Under the pieces are notes generated by a model. It made no database searches, was not told the origin of the DNA, and worked only from the letters and a program-made list of their open reading frames with translations. From contig JBBRNM010000006.1 in NCBI GenBank assembly GCA_038230295.1, positions 1-59,944 of the forward strand: DNA of 59,944 bases, read 5' to 3'. The stretch comes from Candidatus Limnocylindrales bacterium. Its GTDB lineage: Bacteria > Chloroflexota > Limnocylindria > Limnocylindrales > CSP1-4. Each line of letters starts with the position of its first letter. Position 1 is the first letter of the stretch. This document shows positions 1 to 8,801 of the stretch, in pieces. Made by a program: the position numbers and the translations under genes.

Positions 1-347
1 CCCTGGCGAACGCGGGTGCCGGCGATCTGGCGCCAGGCCCGATACGTACTCGGCGTCTGGGGCAGCGCGACCACCGATTCCCATGCCCCAAGCGCCTCAG
101 GCTCCGCGTCCATCCGGTACAGGGCGTCGCCGGCACCGAGCCAGCCGGCTGCCGTGATGGCGGCATCGGAGTGGCCGATGATCCGACGGAAGTCGTTCAG
201 CGCCTGGGCGGGCTCGCCCTGGTCGAGGCGGTCCCTGCCCCGATCCAGCAGTGCCTGGGCCACCCCGACCGGCAACGGACCCTGGGCATCGCGGGCCGCG
301 TCGAGATCGAGCGGCGGGCGCGACGGGTCGGGCTGTGGCAGATCCAT
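1..347 (-). CDS. TPR-like helical repeat protein, N-terminal part (runs off the window edge)
   Basis: Not in the ORF track. Manual translation from ATG 347 gives MDLPQPDPSRPPL...ALLDRGRDRLDQGEPAQALNDFRRII...AGWLGAGDALYRMDAEPEALGAWESVV, TPR-like helix pairs, open to position 1. Confidence 0.55.
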   Translation of the reverse strand, partial: MDLPQPDPSRPPLDLDAARDAQGPLPVGVAQALLDRGRDRLDQGEPAQALNDFRRIIGHSDAAITAAGWLGAGDALYRMDAEPEALGAWESVVALPQTPSTYRAWRQIAGTRVRQ

Positions 348-371
348 CGGGCCCGACGATACTAGAGTTCG

Positions 372-1121
372 ATGTGCGGACGGTTCACCCAGGAGCGCGC
401 CACCTCGGAGCTCGCCGACATCTTCGGGGCTGAGGATCGGGTCGACCTGCCCGGCGGCCGCTTCAACGTGGCGCCGACCGACCCCGCGGCCGTCGTGGTG
501 CAGCGTGAGGACCATCGAGCCATCACCGCATACCGCTGGGGCCTCATCCCCCACTGGTCCGAGACCGCGAAGACCGGCAACCGAATGTTCAACGCCCGGG
601 CCGAATCGATCGACCGGAACCCGGCGTTCCGGTACGCGTTCGGGAAGCGCCGCTGCCTCGTCCCGGTCGATGCGTTCTACGAGTGGCGGCGCGAAGGTGA
701 TGCGCGGCTCCCGTACGCGGTCGTCCGCGAGGATCGGAAGCCGATGGCGCTTGCCGGCCTGTGGGCCGGCTGGAAGGATCCGGACACCGGCGAGGTGATC
801 CGCTCCTTCACGATCGTCACGACCACGCCCAACGAGCTCATGCGGCCGATCCACAACCGCATGCCGGTCGTGGTCCCCGAATCGGCCTGGGATCGCTGGC
901 TGGACCCGACCCTGACGAAGCCTGCGGATCTCGCGGAGCTCCACGGGCTCCTGGTGCCGGCCGAGGACGACACGCTCGATGCCTACCGGGTCAGCCCTCG
1001 GGTCAACAGCGTCCGAAACGACGGACCCGAGCTCGTCGAGCCGATCGGTGCCGGCGGAGATTCGGTCGACGGACCACCGCCCGAGTCGACCCTGGGCCTG
1101 TTTGCGGAGCCTTTGGACTAG
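372..1121 (+). CDS. yedK: SOS response-associated peptidase (SRAP/HMCES family, abasic-site crosslinking)
   Basis: N-terminal MCGRF (catalytic Cys2), RFNVAPT, RWGLIP, FNARAE, RCLVPVDAFYEW, IHNRMP. Confidence 0.95.
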   Translation: MCGRFTQERATSELADIFGAEDRVDLPGGRFNVAPTDPAAVVVQREDHRAITAYRWGLIPHWSETAKTGNRMFNARAESIDRNPAFRYAFGKRRCLVPVDAFYEWRREGDARLPYAVVREDRKPMALAGLWAGWKDPDTGEVIRSFTIVTTTPNELMRPIHNRMPVVVPESAWDRWLDPTLTKPADLAELHGLLVPAEDDTLDAYRVSPRVNSVRNDGPELVEPIGAGGDSVDGPPPESTLGLFAEPLD

Positions 1122-1128
1122 CCTCGAT

Positions 1129-1671
1129 CTAGGCCGGACCCGCCTCGGCCGGGTCGATCGCGAGCCCCTCGACGGTCGACCGGAGCGCCGCGGCCGGTTC
1201 CTCGCCCGCCTCGAGTCGAATCGCGAGCGCTGCGACGAATCCGGCGAACGCGCCATCGGGATCGCGTCCCGGCGGCTCCAGCACCAGCACGTCGGAGGGC
1301 AGGTCTCGGGGCTCCTCGACGCTCGAGGCGATGACCACGAGGCGAGCAGCTCCCCAGGCCGCTGCGGCGACTGCGGTTTGGATCAGGTCGCCACGACCGT
1401 CATCGATGAGCACGATCGTCGTGATCCCCAGGAGGTAGCGCAGCGCCAGCTCGAGATCGGCCGCCTCCATGGCCTCGCCAGTCGACCGCAGCACCGCCGC
1501 GTGGCCGATCCCCAGTATCGCGAGCTCGAGCAGCCGGCGATCACCAACGTTATCGCCGGGCACGCGGCCGACGATCTCGACGGTCGATCCGAGCGCCACC
1601 GCGCGAGCGGCGATGTTCGCGGCCGAGGCCCGCGACGTCTCGGCTCCGAGGTCACCGACGACGACGATCAC
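1129..1671 (-). CDS. Small PfkB/ribokinase-like protein (degenerate)
   Basis: MIVVVGD...ASAANIAARAVALGSTVEIVGRVPGDNVGDRRLLELAILGI resembles the PfkB N-terminal signature. TAGGCT lies 6 nt upstream of the GTG. Confidence 0.55.
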   Translation of the reverse strand: MIVVVGDLGAETSRASAANIAARAVALGSTVEIVGRVPGDNVGDRRLLELAILGIGHAAVLRSTGEAMEAADLELALRYLLGITTIVLIDDGRGDLIQTAVAAAAWGAARLVVIASSVEEPRDLPSDVLVLEPPGRDPDGAFAGFVAALAIRLEAGEEPAAALRSTVEGLAIDPAEAGPA

Positions 1672-1733
1672 GACGTCAGCCTAGCGCGCCGCGATCGGGC
1701 CGCGGCGCCCTGGACCCGAGCCCGTGTCGGACT

Positions 1734-3146
1734 TCAGCGTCCGGCTGCTGGCTCGGCATCCTCTCGTTCGACGACGATCCGGCCGAGGTCGGCACCTTCG
1801 AGGGCCGCCAGGAAGGCATCGGCGTCGCCGACGAGGACGATCGCGGCCGCATCGGGCCGGATGTGCGAGATCGCGGCGGCCTGGATGTCGGAGATCGAGA
1901 CCGCCTCGATCGCGGACCGATAGCGCACGAGCTCGTCGATCGGCAGGTCATGGACGACGAGCCCGGCGATCGCTCCCACCACCGCCGGCGGCGTCTCGAA
2001 TCGGAGCGGGAAGACCCCGACGAGGAAGTCGCGGGCGGCATGCCGCTCCGCGGGTTCGACCTCGGCGTCGCGAATGGAATTGAGCTCCGCGAGCATGTCG
2101 ATCGTCGCGGGGACCGTGACCTCGGTGTTGACGGCGGCGCGTGCCGCGAACGGGCCCGCGGCGCGTCGCAGCTCGTAGCCGGCGCTGGCGCCGTACGTGT
2201 AGCCCTTCTCCTCGCGGAGCTTCCGATTCAGGCGGGAGTTGAAGAGCCCGCCGAGGATCGCGCTCATGACCGAGAGCGCATGGAAGTCCTCGATGTGCCG
2301 AGACACCCCGACGTGCCCGATCCGGATCTCGGTCTGGACGGAGCCGGGTCGATGGAAGACGCGGACGAAGCGCTCACTGACTGCCGATTCCGCGTCGATC
2401 GCTCGCCGCGACTCGGCCGTCGGGCTCGCCATCCATGAGCCGAAGCGCGCGTGCGCCAGCTCCATCACGTCCATCCCGGTCAGGTCGCCGCCGACGATCA
2501 GCGTCATCGCGGCCGGGTCGAATCGCCGGCCATGGATGTCCGCGGCCGCGGCGGCATCGAGCCGCTCCACCGTCTCTCGTAGACCGGCGGCCGGGCGCCG
2601 GTACGGCGACCCAGCTGCATAGATCGTGTCGACGAACCCCTCGTCCGCCCGACGCCGCGGATCGGCCCGGGCCTGGAGCAGGTCGTTCAGGCGCTCCTCC
2701 CGAAGCCGTTGGACCTCGGTCGCCGGAAACGTCGGCTCGGCCATGACCTCGGCCACGAGATCGAGCGCCGGCCCGAGGCGCGCGACCGGCACGTCGACGC
2801 CCACCGATAGGGCATCCCAGCCGGCTTCGGCATGGAGCGAGGCGCCGAGACGTTCCGTAGCCTCGACAAGGGCGATCGCATCGTGGCGTTGCGTGCCCTC
2901 CGACAGGGCCCGGGCCATCAGGGTCGTGAGGCCGCCCTCGTCGTCACGTTCGTCGGCCGCCCCGGCCGGCAGCAGGAGCGAGGCGGTCACGAGCTCCCGG
3001 CCCGGAAGATCAACGGCAATGACGGTCAGACCGTTCGCGAGCCGCTGTCGGTCCACGACTGGGAAGTGATACGGCCGAGGCTCCCCGTGCGTCGGGCGCT
3101 CGGCGATCACGGTCGCGGCGCCGATCGCGGCGCCTGCGTCGGTCAT
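1734..3146 (-). CDS. M16 family peptidase, non-catalytic subunit
   Basis: LANGLTV, ILGGLFNSRLNRKLREEKGYTYG; no HxxEH; follows the catalytic M16 gene. Confidence 0.9.
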   Translation of the reverse strand: MTDAGAAIGAATVIAERPTHGEPRPYHFPVVDRQRLANGLTVIAVDLPGRELVTASLLLPAGAADERDDEGGLTTLMARALSEGTQRHDAIALVEATERLGASLHAEAGWDALSVGVDVPVARLGPALDLVAEVMAEPTFPATEVQRLREERLNDLLQARADPRRRADEGFVDTIYAAGSPYRRPAAGLRETVERLDAAAAADIHGRRFDPAAMTLIVGGDLTGMDVMELAHARFGSWMASPTAESRRAIDAESAVSERFVRVFHRPGSVQTEIRIGHVGVSRHIEDFHALSVMSAILGGLFNSRLNRKLREEKGYTYGASAGYELRRAAGPFAARAAVNTEVTVPATIDMLAELNSIRDAEVEPAERHAARDFLVGVFPLRFETPPAVVGAIAGLVVHDLPIDELVRYRSAIEAVSISDIQAAAISHIRPDAAAIVLVGDADAFLAALEGADLGRIVVEREDAEPAAGR

Positions 3147-3159
3147 GCTGCGGCCTCGG

Positions 3160-4464
3160 TCATGCGGCAGCCGGCTCGAGCTCGGCCGCGCCGGCCGGCA
3201 GATACGTCAGGACGACGCGGTTGTCGGCCCGGAACACGTCGGCGGATACACGTCGGATGTCCTCGGCGGTGACCGACAGGTAGCGCGGCAGCATGCGGTT
3301 GATCAGGTCGGGATCGTCGAAGAGCGTGGCGTACATCGACAGGCGGTCGGCTCGCTCGTCGACCCGCATCAATGCGCCCAGCTCGTCGGCCTCGGTCAAT
3401 GCCCGCGCTCGTTCCAGCTCGTCGGGCGAGATCGGCTCGCGCGTGATCCGCTCGAGCTCTTCCCAGAACACCGCCTCGAGCAGCTCGAGATCAGTGCCGG
3501 GTCGTGCGGTGGCCCAGCCGGCGGTCACGGAGGCGCCACCCGTGAAGCCCATCGAGAAGAGCGCCACGTCCTGCGCCAGTCGCTCATCGCGGACCAGCCG
3601 GCGATGGAGCCGGCTGCCCTTGCCGCCGGCGAGGATCTGGCCGGCGAGATCGAGCGCGTCGAGGCGCGGGTCGCCGTAGGCGGGCGCCCGGAACCCCCAG
3701 AACAGGCGCGGTAGCGGCACGCGATCCGGAACGATCTCGCGAATCTCGCCCCCGAGCGTCGCCGGGAGCGACAGGTCGGGCAGCTTGACAGGCAGGTTCG
3801 GATTCGCCGGGATGCCGCCGAAGTAGCGCGCGACCCACGTTCGGATCCTGGCGGACTCGACGTCGCCCACGATCGTGATCACGGCGTTATTGGGGGCGTA
3901 GTGCAGCCGGAAGAACGAGCTCACGTCCTCCAGCGACGCGGCGTCGAGGTCCTCCATCGATCCGATCGTCGGATGGTGGTAGGGATGGCTTTCGGGGAAG
4001 AGCGCCCCGAACATCCGCTCGCTCCATGATCCGTACGGCCGGTTGTCGTAGGACTGCCGCTTCTCGTTCTTCACGACCTCGCGCTGGTTGTCGAGGTTCT
4101 CCTGCGAGAGGGCATCGAGGAGGGTGCCCATGCGGTCGGCCTCGAGCCAGATCGCCAGCTCCACCTGGTGAGACGGCATCGTCTCGTAGTAGTTCGTCCG
4201 GTCGAGCCAGGTGCTGCCATTCATGACCCCGCCCGCGGCCTGGACGAGGGCCATGTGCTCCGCCTTGCCGACGTGAGCCGAGCCCTCGAACATGACGTGC
4301 TCGAAGAGGTGGGCGAAGCCCGTCTTGCCCGGCTGCTCGTGCTTGGAGCCAACGCCGTACCAGAGGTTGATCGCCGCGACCGGAACGAGGTGATCCTCGG
4401 CGATGATCAGCCGGAGGCCGTTGGGCAGGCGCTCATCACTGAACGTGACAATGGGGACAGGCAC
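3160..4464 (-). CDS. M16 family zinc peptidase (pitrilysin-like), catalytic subunit
   Basis: GFAHLFEHVMFEGS (HxxEH), NGSTWLDRTNYYE, REVVKNEKR. Confidence 0.93.
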   Translation of the reverse strand: MPVPIVTFSDERLPNGLRLIIAEDHLVPVAAINLWYGVGSKHEQPGKTGFAHLFEHVMFEGSAHVGKAEHMALVQAAGGVMNGSTWLDRTNYYETMPSHQVELAIWLEADRMGTLLDALSQENLDNQREVVKNEKRQSYDNRPYGSWSERMFGALFPESHPYHHPTIGSMEDLDAASLEDVSSFFRLHYAPNNAVITIVGDVESARIRTWVARYFGGIPANPNLPVKLPDLSLPATLGGEIREIVPDRVPLPRLFWGFRAPAYGDPRLDALDLAGQILAGGKGSRLHRRLVRDERLAQDVALFSMGFTGGASVTAGWATARPGTDLELLEAVFWEELERITREPISPDELERARALTEADELGALMRVDERADRLSMYATLFDDPDLINRMLPRYLSVTAEDIRRVSADVFRADNRVVLTYLPAGAAELEPAAA

Positions 4465-4499
4465 CCGGCGATGCTAACGCAGCGCGGGAGGCCGGTGCG

Positions 4500-4782
4500 T
4501 CACGGGCCGATCTCGACGAACCCTGCCGCGCTGAAGTCGCCGTCGAACGCGAGCGCCTCGGTCATTCGTCGTTGACGCATCACGGCGAAGCTCGTGGCGT
4601 CGACGAACGAGTACGAGCGCTCATCGTGGCGATACAGCCAGGCCCAGGCGTCGGCCTCGGTGGCCTCGCCGACGTGAACGATGACCAACCGTCCCGACCG
4701 CTGCGCGCTCTGCGAACGCAATTGCCTCGGCATGGCCGAGGCGCCGCCGGAGGAACGTCCACATCTCGCCGATGACGGTATC
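4500..4782 (-). pseudogene. vapC: VapC (PIN) toxin remnant, VapC20-like, 5'-truncated and frameshifted
   Basis: DTVIGEMWTFLRRRLGHAEAIAF in one frame, then a shift near 4705 to VHVGEATEADAWAWLYRHDERSYSFVDATSFAVMRQRRMTEALAFDGDFSAAGF. The N-terminal DTS motif and a start are absent. Confidence 0.75.
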
Positions 4783-4863
4783 CGCCTCTCACCGTCGATC
4801 GGCGATTGCTGGATCGACTGGCGGGCAACGCCCTGAGGACGCCGGCTCGAAGAGCCTGTTGCC

Positions 4864-5250
4864 CTACGCGAGCTCGATATCGGTCTGGGAGAAATCGTCG
4901 CCCTTGGCGAGGAGCGGTTCGCCGGCAACCCGGGCAGCGGCGTAGGCGAGGCAATCCCCGAAGTTGAGGCTCGCGGGATGTCTCGATCGGCCGAAACGCC
5001 ACCAGGCCGAGAGGGCGGCCTCCCAATGATCGACGCCGAACTCGATCACGACGGCGTCGGCGACGGCGACCAGCTGGGCGACCAACTCGTGGGCATCCTC
5101 CCCGATCCGCGCGGATAGGACGATACCGGCCTCGACCAGCGTGGGCGCGCCGACCCCGACCGTGCTCGCCCCATTGATCTTCTCAACCAAAGCGCCACGG
5201 TCCGGTTCGTCAAGAGCGATGGCCACCAGGGCCGAGCTGTCGAGGATCAC
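4864..5250 (-). CDS. vapC: VapC PIN-domain ribonuclease toxin
   Basis: VILDSSALVAI...TLVEAGIV...HPASLNFGDCLAYA...KGDDFSQTD; the GTG start overlaps the vapB stop (GTGA). Confidence 0.93.
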   Translation of the reverse strand: MILDSSALVAIALDEPDRGALVEKINGASTVGVGAPTLVEAGIVLSARIGEDAHELVAQLVAVADAVVIEFGVDHWEAALSAWWRFGRSRHPASLNFGDCLAYAAARVAGEPLLAKGDDFSQTDIELA

Positions 5251-5519
5251 GCGCTGTCCGGACCGAAACCGAGAATCGCTTCCTCCTCGTCCTTGGGCAC
5301 GGCCTTTCCGCGGACGTTTTCGGGAAGGCGTGGCCAAAACCGCCGTTCCAGGAGACGGACCATCCGGTCCCCGCGCGCCTCGCCGCCTCGAGCAAGCAGC
5401 AGTCGCTCTTTTCGCTCCCTCAGTGCCCGACGGACGGCACCCGTCTTCGTCTCTCCCGTGAGCGCCGAGACCTCGCTGGCGAGTCGTTCGGTCTCTGGAT
5501 CCTTGATGTTAAGGGCCAT
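5247..5519 (-). CDS. vapB: VapB antitoxin
   Basis: MALNIKDPETERLASEVSALTGETKTGAVRRALRER is a ribbon-helix-helix VapB N-terminus; directly upstream of vapC. Confidence 0.9.
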   Translation of the reverse strand: MALNIKDPETERLASEVSALTGETKTGAVRRALRERKERLLLARGGEARGDRMVRLLERRFWPRLPENVRGKAVPKDEEEAILGFGPDSA

Positions 5520-5547
5520 GGTGTAACCATACCAGCATGGTGTAACC
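5517..5547. promoter_or_regulatory. Putative VapBC operator: 12-bp direct repeat over the vapB -10 and start
   Basis: CATGGTGTAACC at 5517-5528 and 5536-5547; minus-strand TATGGT lies 6 nt before the vapB ATG. Confidence 0.55.
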
Positions 5548-5550
5548 GCA

Positions 5551-5728
5551 CGAAGATGGAACCAATCCTCCACGCTCACTCCCTCTAGGCCAACACCGGG
5601 CGCATCGAGCCCGAACGAGGGACCAAGCCGTGACGCGAGAGTTGGTCGAACGAGCGCGAGGTGGCGATCGCGAGGTGTTCGAGAGCCCGGCCGCCGCGGT
5701 GATCGGCAACCTCTTCAACATCGCTCAA
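5551..5728 (+). repeat. Diverged copy of the ECF sigma-1 upstream region and first 33 codons (partner 6734-6911)
   Basis: Shared CGAAGATGGAAC, CCCTCTAG and AACGAGGGACCAAGCCGTG; peptides MTRELVERARGGDREVFESPAAAVIGNLFNIAQ vs MRRDLVLRARGGDREAFASLAAESVGRLFNIAQ. Confidence 0.9.
5558..5588 (+). promoter_or_regulatory. Putative ECF promoter P1, copy 1 (GGAAC-N18-CCCTCTAG)
   Basis: Boxes and spacing are identical to 6741-6771 while the spacer has diverged; GGAAC is a typical ECF -35. Confidence 0.6.
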
Positions 5729-6718
5729 CCCCGGACTCCGGCACCTCGATCTGGCCGCACTGTGAGCTCCGTCCGGACGCGCGCTTCGACCTTGGTCGTC
5801 GCGCTCTCTGCGCTTGCGATCTCGGCCTGCTCAGCCAGCCCTCCGGCCCCGTCGATTGCACCCTCCCAGGTGTCGGCGCAGCCGTCCTCGACGATCGCGC
5901 CGACCCCGACGGCCTCCCCGGCCCTCACCCCGGGTGTCGGCACCTCGAGCGAAGACACGCTCGGCGTCTCGGTGCCCGCCGACACGGCGGCCGCGACGAT
6001 GCTCCATGTCCCGGTCCTCATGTATCACCGGGTCATGCCCCCGTCGCTGCTCAAGGTCGACGAACGGTGGCCCGACCTCTACGTCGATCCGGTGACGTTT
6101 GACGCTCAAATAGCGGCCATGAAGTCTCGGGGTTGGCACACAGTCACGACGGGCCAGCTGGCCGCCGCCGTCATGGCCCGGAGGAGCCTCCCGTCGCACT
6201 CCGTCGTCATCACCTTCGACGACGGCCGGCCGGACAACTACACCTACGCCTTCCCGATCTTGAAGAAATACGGCTTCGTCGCGACCTTCTTCATCGTCTC
6301 GGGTCGGATCGGAAGGACCAGCCACATCACGGCAAGCCAGCTCCAGGAGATGGCAGCCGCCGGGAACGAGCTCGCCGATCACACCTGGGACCACACCGAT
6401 CTCACGACCCTGACCTACGCCCAGGCGCGGTTCAGGATCCGGGCCGCCGCCGACGCCATCGAGTCGCTTGTCGGCGTTCGACCGACCACCTTGGCCTATC
6501 CCTACGGTCACTACGACTCGACCGTCCTGGCGGCCGCCGACGCCGAGGGAATGTACCTGGCCTTCACGGTCCATGCCGGGGCCTGGGAAAGCGCCGCCAC
6601 CCGGCTCTTCCAGCCGCGGCTCCGCGTCCAGGGCCTCGTCCGACAGGCCGATGGGAGCTACTCGGGCGGAACGACCGCGCAGCAGCTCCTCGCCCGGCTG
6701 GCACCGTATGCCGACTAA
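5630..6718 (+). CDS. Polysaccharide deacetylase (CE4/NodB) lipoprotein; the native start may be GTG 5762
   Basis: Lipobox AISAC, S/P/T linker, VPVLMYHRV, ITFDDG, DHTWDH, LAYPYG. Confidence 0.9.
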   Translation: MTRELVERARGGDREVFESPAAAVIGNLFNIAQPRTPAPRSGRTVSSVRTRASTLVVALSALAISACSASPPAPSIAPSQVSAQPSSTIAPTPTASPALTPGVGTSSEDTLGVSVPADTAAATMLHVPVLMYHRVMPPSLLKVDERWPDLYVDPVTFDAQIAAMKSRGWHTVTTGQLAAAVMARRSLPSHSVVITFDDGRPDNYTYAFPILKKYGFVATFFIVSGRIGRTSHITASQLQEMAAAGNELADHTWDHTDLTTLTYAQARFRIRAAADAIESLVGVRPTTLAYPYGHYDSTVLAAADAEGMYLAFTVHAGAWESAATRLFQPRLRVQGLVRQADGSYSGGTTAQQLLARLAPYAD

Positions 6719-6740
6719 ATCGAGCCCGTCGGCCGAAGAT

Positions 6741-6771
6741 GGAACGAATTCGGCGCTCGCATTCCCTCTAG
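6741..6771 (+). promoter_or_regulatory. Putative ECF promoter P1, copy 2 (autoregulatory, sigma-1)
   Basis: GGAAC-N18-CCCTCTAG about 40 nt upstream of the sigma GTG at 6813. Confidence 0.6.
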
Positions 6772-6812
6772 TGCACAACCGGCGCATCCTGCCGGCAACG
6801 AGGGACCAAGCC

Positions 6813-7367
6813 GTGCGGCGAGACCTGGTGCTACGAGCCCGAGGCGGCGATCGCGAGGCGTTCGCGAGCCTCGCCGCTGAGTCGGTCGGGCGGCTGTTCA
6901 ACATCGCCCAGCTCATGCTCCGGGACCGCGATCTCGCCGATGACGCCGTCCAGGAGACACTCGTCCTCGCGTGGCGGGACCTGAAAGGGCTGCGCGACCT
7001 CGACGGGTTCGATGCCTGGCTGCATCGAGTCCTCGTGCGATGCGTATACCGCGAGGCGAACCGTGAGCGACGGCACACGGTCCGCGCGGCCGTCGTGGGC
7101 GAGATCTCCTCGCATCCCGACGCCTCACGTGACGTCGAGAATCGCGACGCGCTGGATCGGGGCTTCCGACGCCTCAGGTCCGACCATCGAGCCGTCCTCG
7201 TCCTCCATCACTACCTCGGCCTCTCCGACGACGAAGCCGCGGCAGCCCTCTCGATCCCGACCGGAACGATCAAGTCGCGGCTCAGCCGCGCGACCTCGGC
7301 GCTTCGCTCGGAGCTCGACGCCGATGCCCGCTCAGCGGATCGCCTTGCCATGGAGTCCGTCCGATGA
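6813..7367 (+). CDS. ECF RNA polymerase sigma factor (sigma-1)
   Basis: GDREAF, ADDAVQETLVLAWR, FDAWLHRVLV (region 2); LHHYLGLSDDEAAAALSIPTGTIKSRLSRA (region 4); GAGGG RBS. Confidence 0.95.
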   Translation: MRRDLVLRARGGDREAFASLAAESVGRLFNIAQLMLRDRDLADDAVQETLVLAWRDLKGLRDLDGFDAWLHRVLVRCVYREANRERRHTVRAAVVGEISSHPDASRDVENRDALDRGFRRLRSDHRAVLVLHHYLGLSDDEAAAALSIPTGTIKSRLSRATSALRSELDADARSADRLAMESVR

Positions 7368-8737
7368 CCGCAGATCGCAACCTCGATCGTGAGCTTGGGT
7401 CGTGGTTCGCCGAGCAGGCGAGCTCCGTGCCGGCTGAGACGCTCCTGCAGCGCGGGCTCGAACGCGTGGCTGCGACGCGCCAGCGTCCGGGGTGGCTCGT
7501 GGGCGGCGTGGCGCTGCCCCGTCCGTTCGCGGCTCCGGCGATCGTGCCTGCCTGGGTGGTCATCCTCCTCATCGCGCTGGCGGCCGCGGCCGTCGTGGCG
7601 ACGGGCGCGCGGCTACTCCTGGCTCCGTCGCTGGCGATCGTCGAGACGTCGCCGATCCCCTCGACCTTCGTCGAGCCATCGGCGGCGCCGAGCCCGACGT
7701 CGACAGCGACGCCCTCGGGGCCACTCGGGGGAGGCCCGATCCTGGCCCATGAATTCAAGCGAATCAGCGACCCGGACCCTCACGGTGTCTTTGCCATCGA
7801 CGCGGGGACGGGCGCCCGGACGCTGCTCGGCACGTTGCCGGGCGAGGCCGTGACGGGCTCGTCCAATCCGTACACGTTCCAATTCAGTGCGGACCGCACC
7901 CATGTCCTCATCCTCGGTGGGTCGCTGCAGGCGCCGACCGCCGTGAGCCGGGCATTCGGGTTCATCGCCAGCGCCGATCTCGACCAAAGCTGCTGCAAGG
8001 ACGGCATGGAGTGGATCACGTTGTCGCCTCGCGGCGACCGAGTCGCGGCGATCCACGTGAGCCGATTCGATGCGACCATCGAGATCGTCATTCTCGATAT
8101 CGCGGGTGGCGGCATATCGCGACTTCCGCTGCCCGCGGGCATCGGCTGGGGCGGACCGCTCGCCTGGTCACCCGACGAAGCAGCATTGGTCGTGCCCGGC
8201 TGTCGGCCCTGCAACAAGGCGGCGACACCGACCGAGAAGCAGACATCGGATCACAGCCACATCTACGTCGTGCCAGTCGACGGTTCGCCGTGGCGCGAGC
8301 TCCTCGACGTCGACAACGGTGCTGCCATCGGCGCGGTGGCGCCCGACGGGAAGACGCTCGCGGTCGACACCTTCATCTGTGCGTCGGGCAGCTACATGCC
8401 CCGCTGCGACCCGTCCGAAGGCACGCACACCCTGAGCACCCTATCGCTCGCGGATGGCGTCCAGACGCCGCTCGGGGTCGTGCCCTCGCTCACCGGCATC
8501 GCCTGGTCGCCGGATGGCACCCGGATCGCGTACGGGGCGAAGGACGGGATCCACGTCATGAACGCAGACGGCAGTGGCACGGTCAAGCTCGGCGACGGCG
8601 TCGGCTACGGTGCCGACTGGTCGCCCGACGGCCAATGGCTCCTTCTCAGGCGCGACGGCTTCGACCTGTGGATCGCCTCCGCCGATGGAAGCGACCTGCG
8701 GCAGATCGGAACGGGCTATGCCGGAGGGACCTGGTGA
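7364..8737 (+). CDS. Putative membrane anti-sigma factor with an extracytoplasmic TolB/PD40 beta-propeller
   Basis: ATGA overlap with the sigma gene; ~45-aa cytoplasmic N-terminus, one TM helix, S/P/T linker, WSPDG-type repeats. Confidence 0.8.
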   Translation: MTADRNLDRELGSWFAEQASSVPAETLLQRGLERVAATRQRPGWLVGGVALPRPFAAPAIVPAWVVILLIALAAAAVVATGARLLLAPSLAIVETSPIPSTFVEPSAAPSPTSTATPSGPLGGGPILAHEFKRISDPDPHGVFAIDAGTGARTLLGTLPGEAVTGSSNPYTFQFSADRTHVLILGGSLQAPTAVSRAFGFIASADLDQSCCKDGMEWITLSPRGDRVAAIHVSRFDATIEIVILDIAGGGISRLPLPAGIGWGGPLAWSPDEAALVVPGCRPCNKAATPTEKQTSDHSHIYVVPVDGSPWRELLDVDNGAAIGAVAPDGKTLAVDTFICASGSYMPRCDPSEGTHTLSTLSLADGVQTPLGVVPSLTGIAWSPDGTRIAYGAKDGIHVMNADGSGTVKLGDGVGYGADWSPDGQWLLLRRDGFDLWIASADGSDLRQIGTGYAGGTW

Positions 8738-8801
8738 CCGGGCTACTGCGCGATCGCAAGCGCCCGCCAGCTACTGCAACGCATCGAGAGAGGAGGGCCC
8801 C

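Noticed and set aside
358-371. Possible LexA box before the SRAP gene (GATACTAGAGTTCG)
   Set aside because: Only the right half-site matches GAAC-N4-GTTC; too weak to call.
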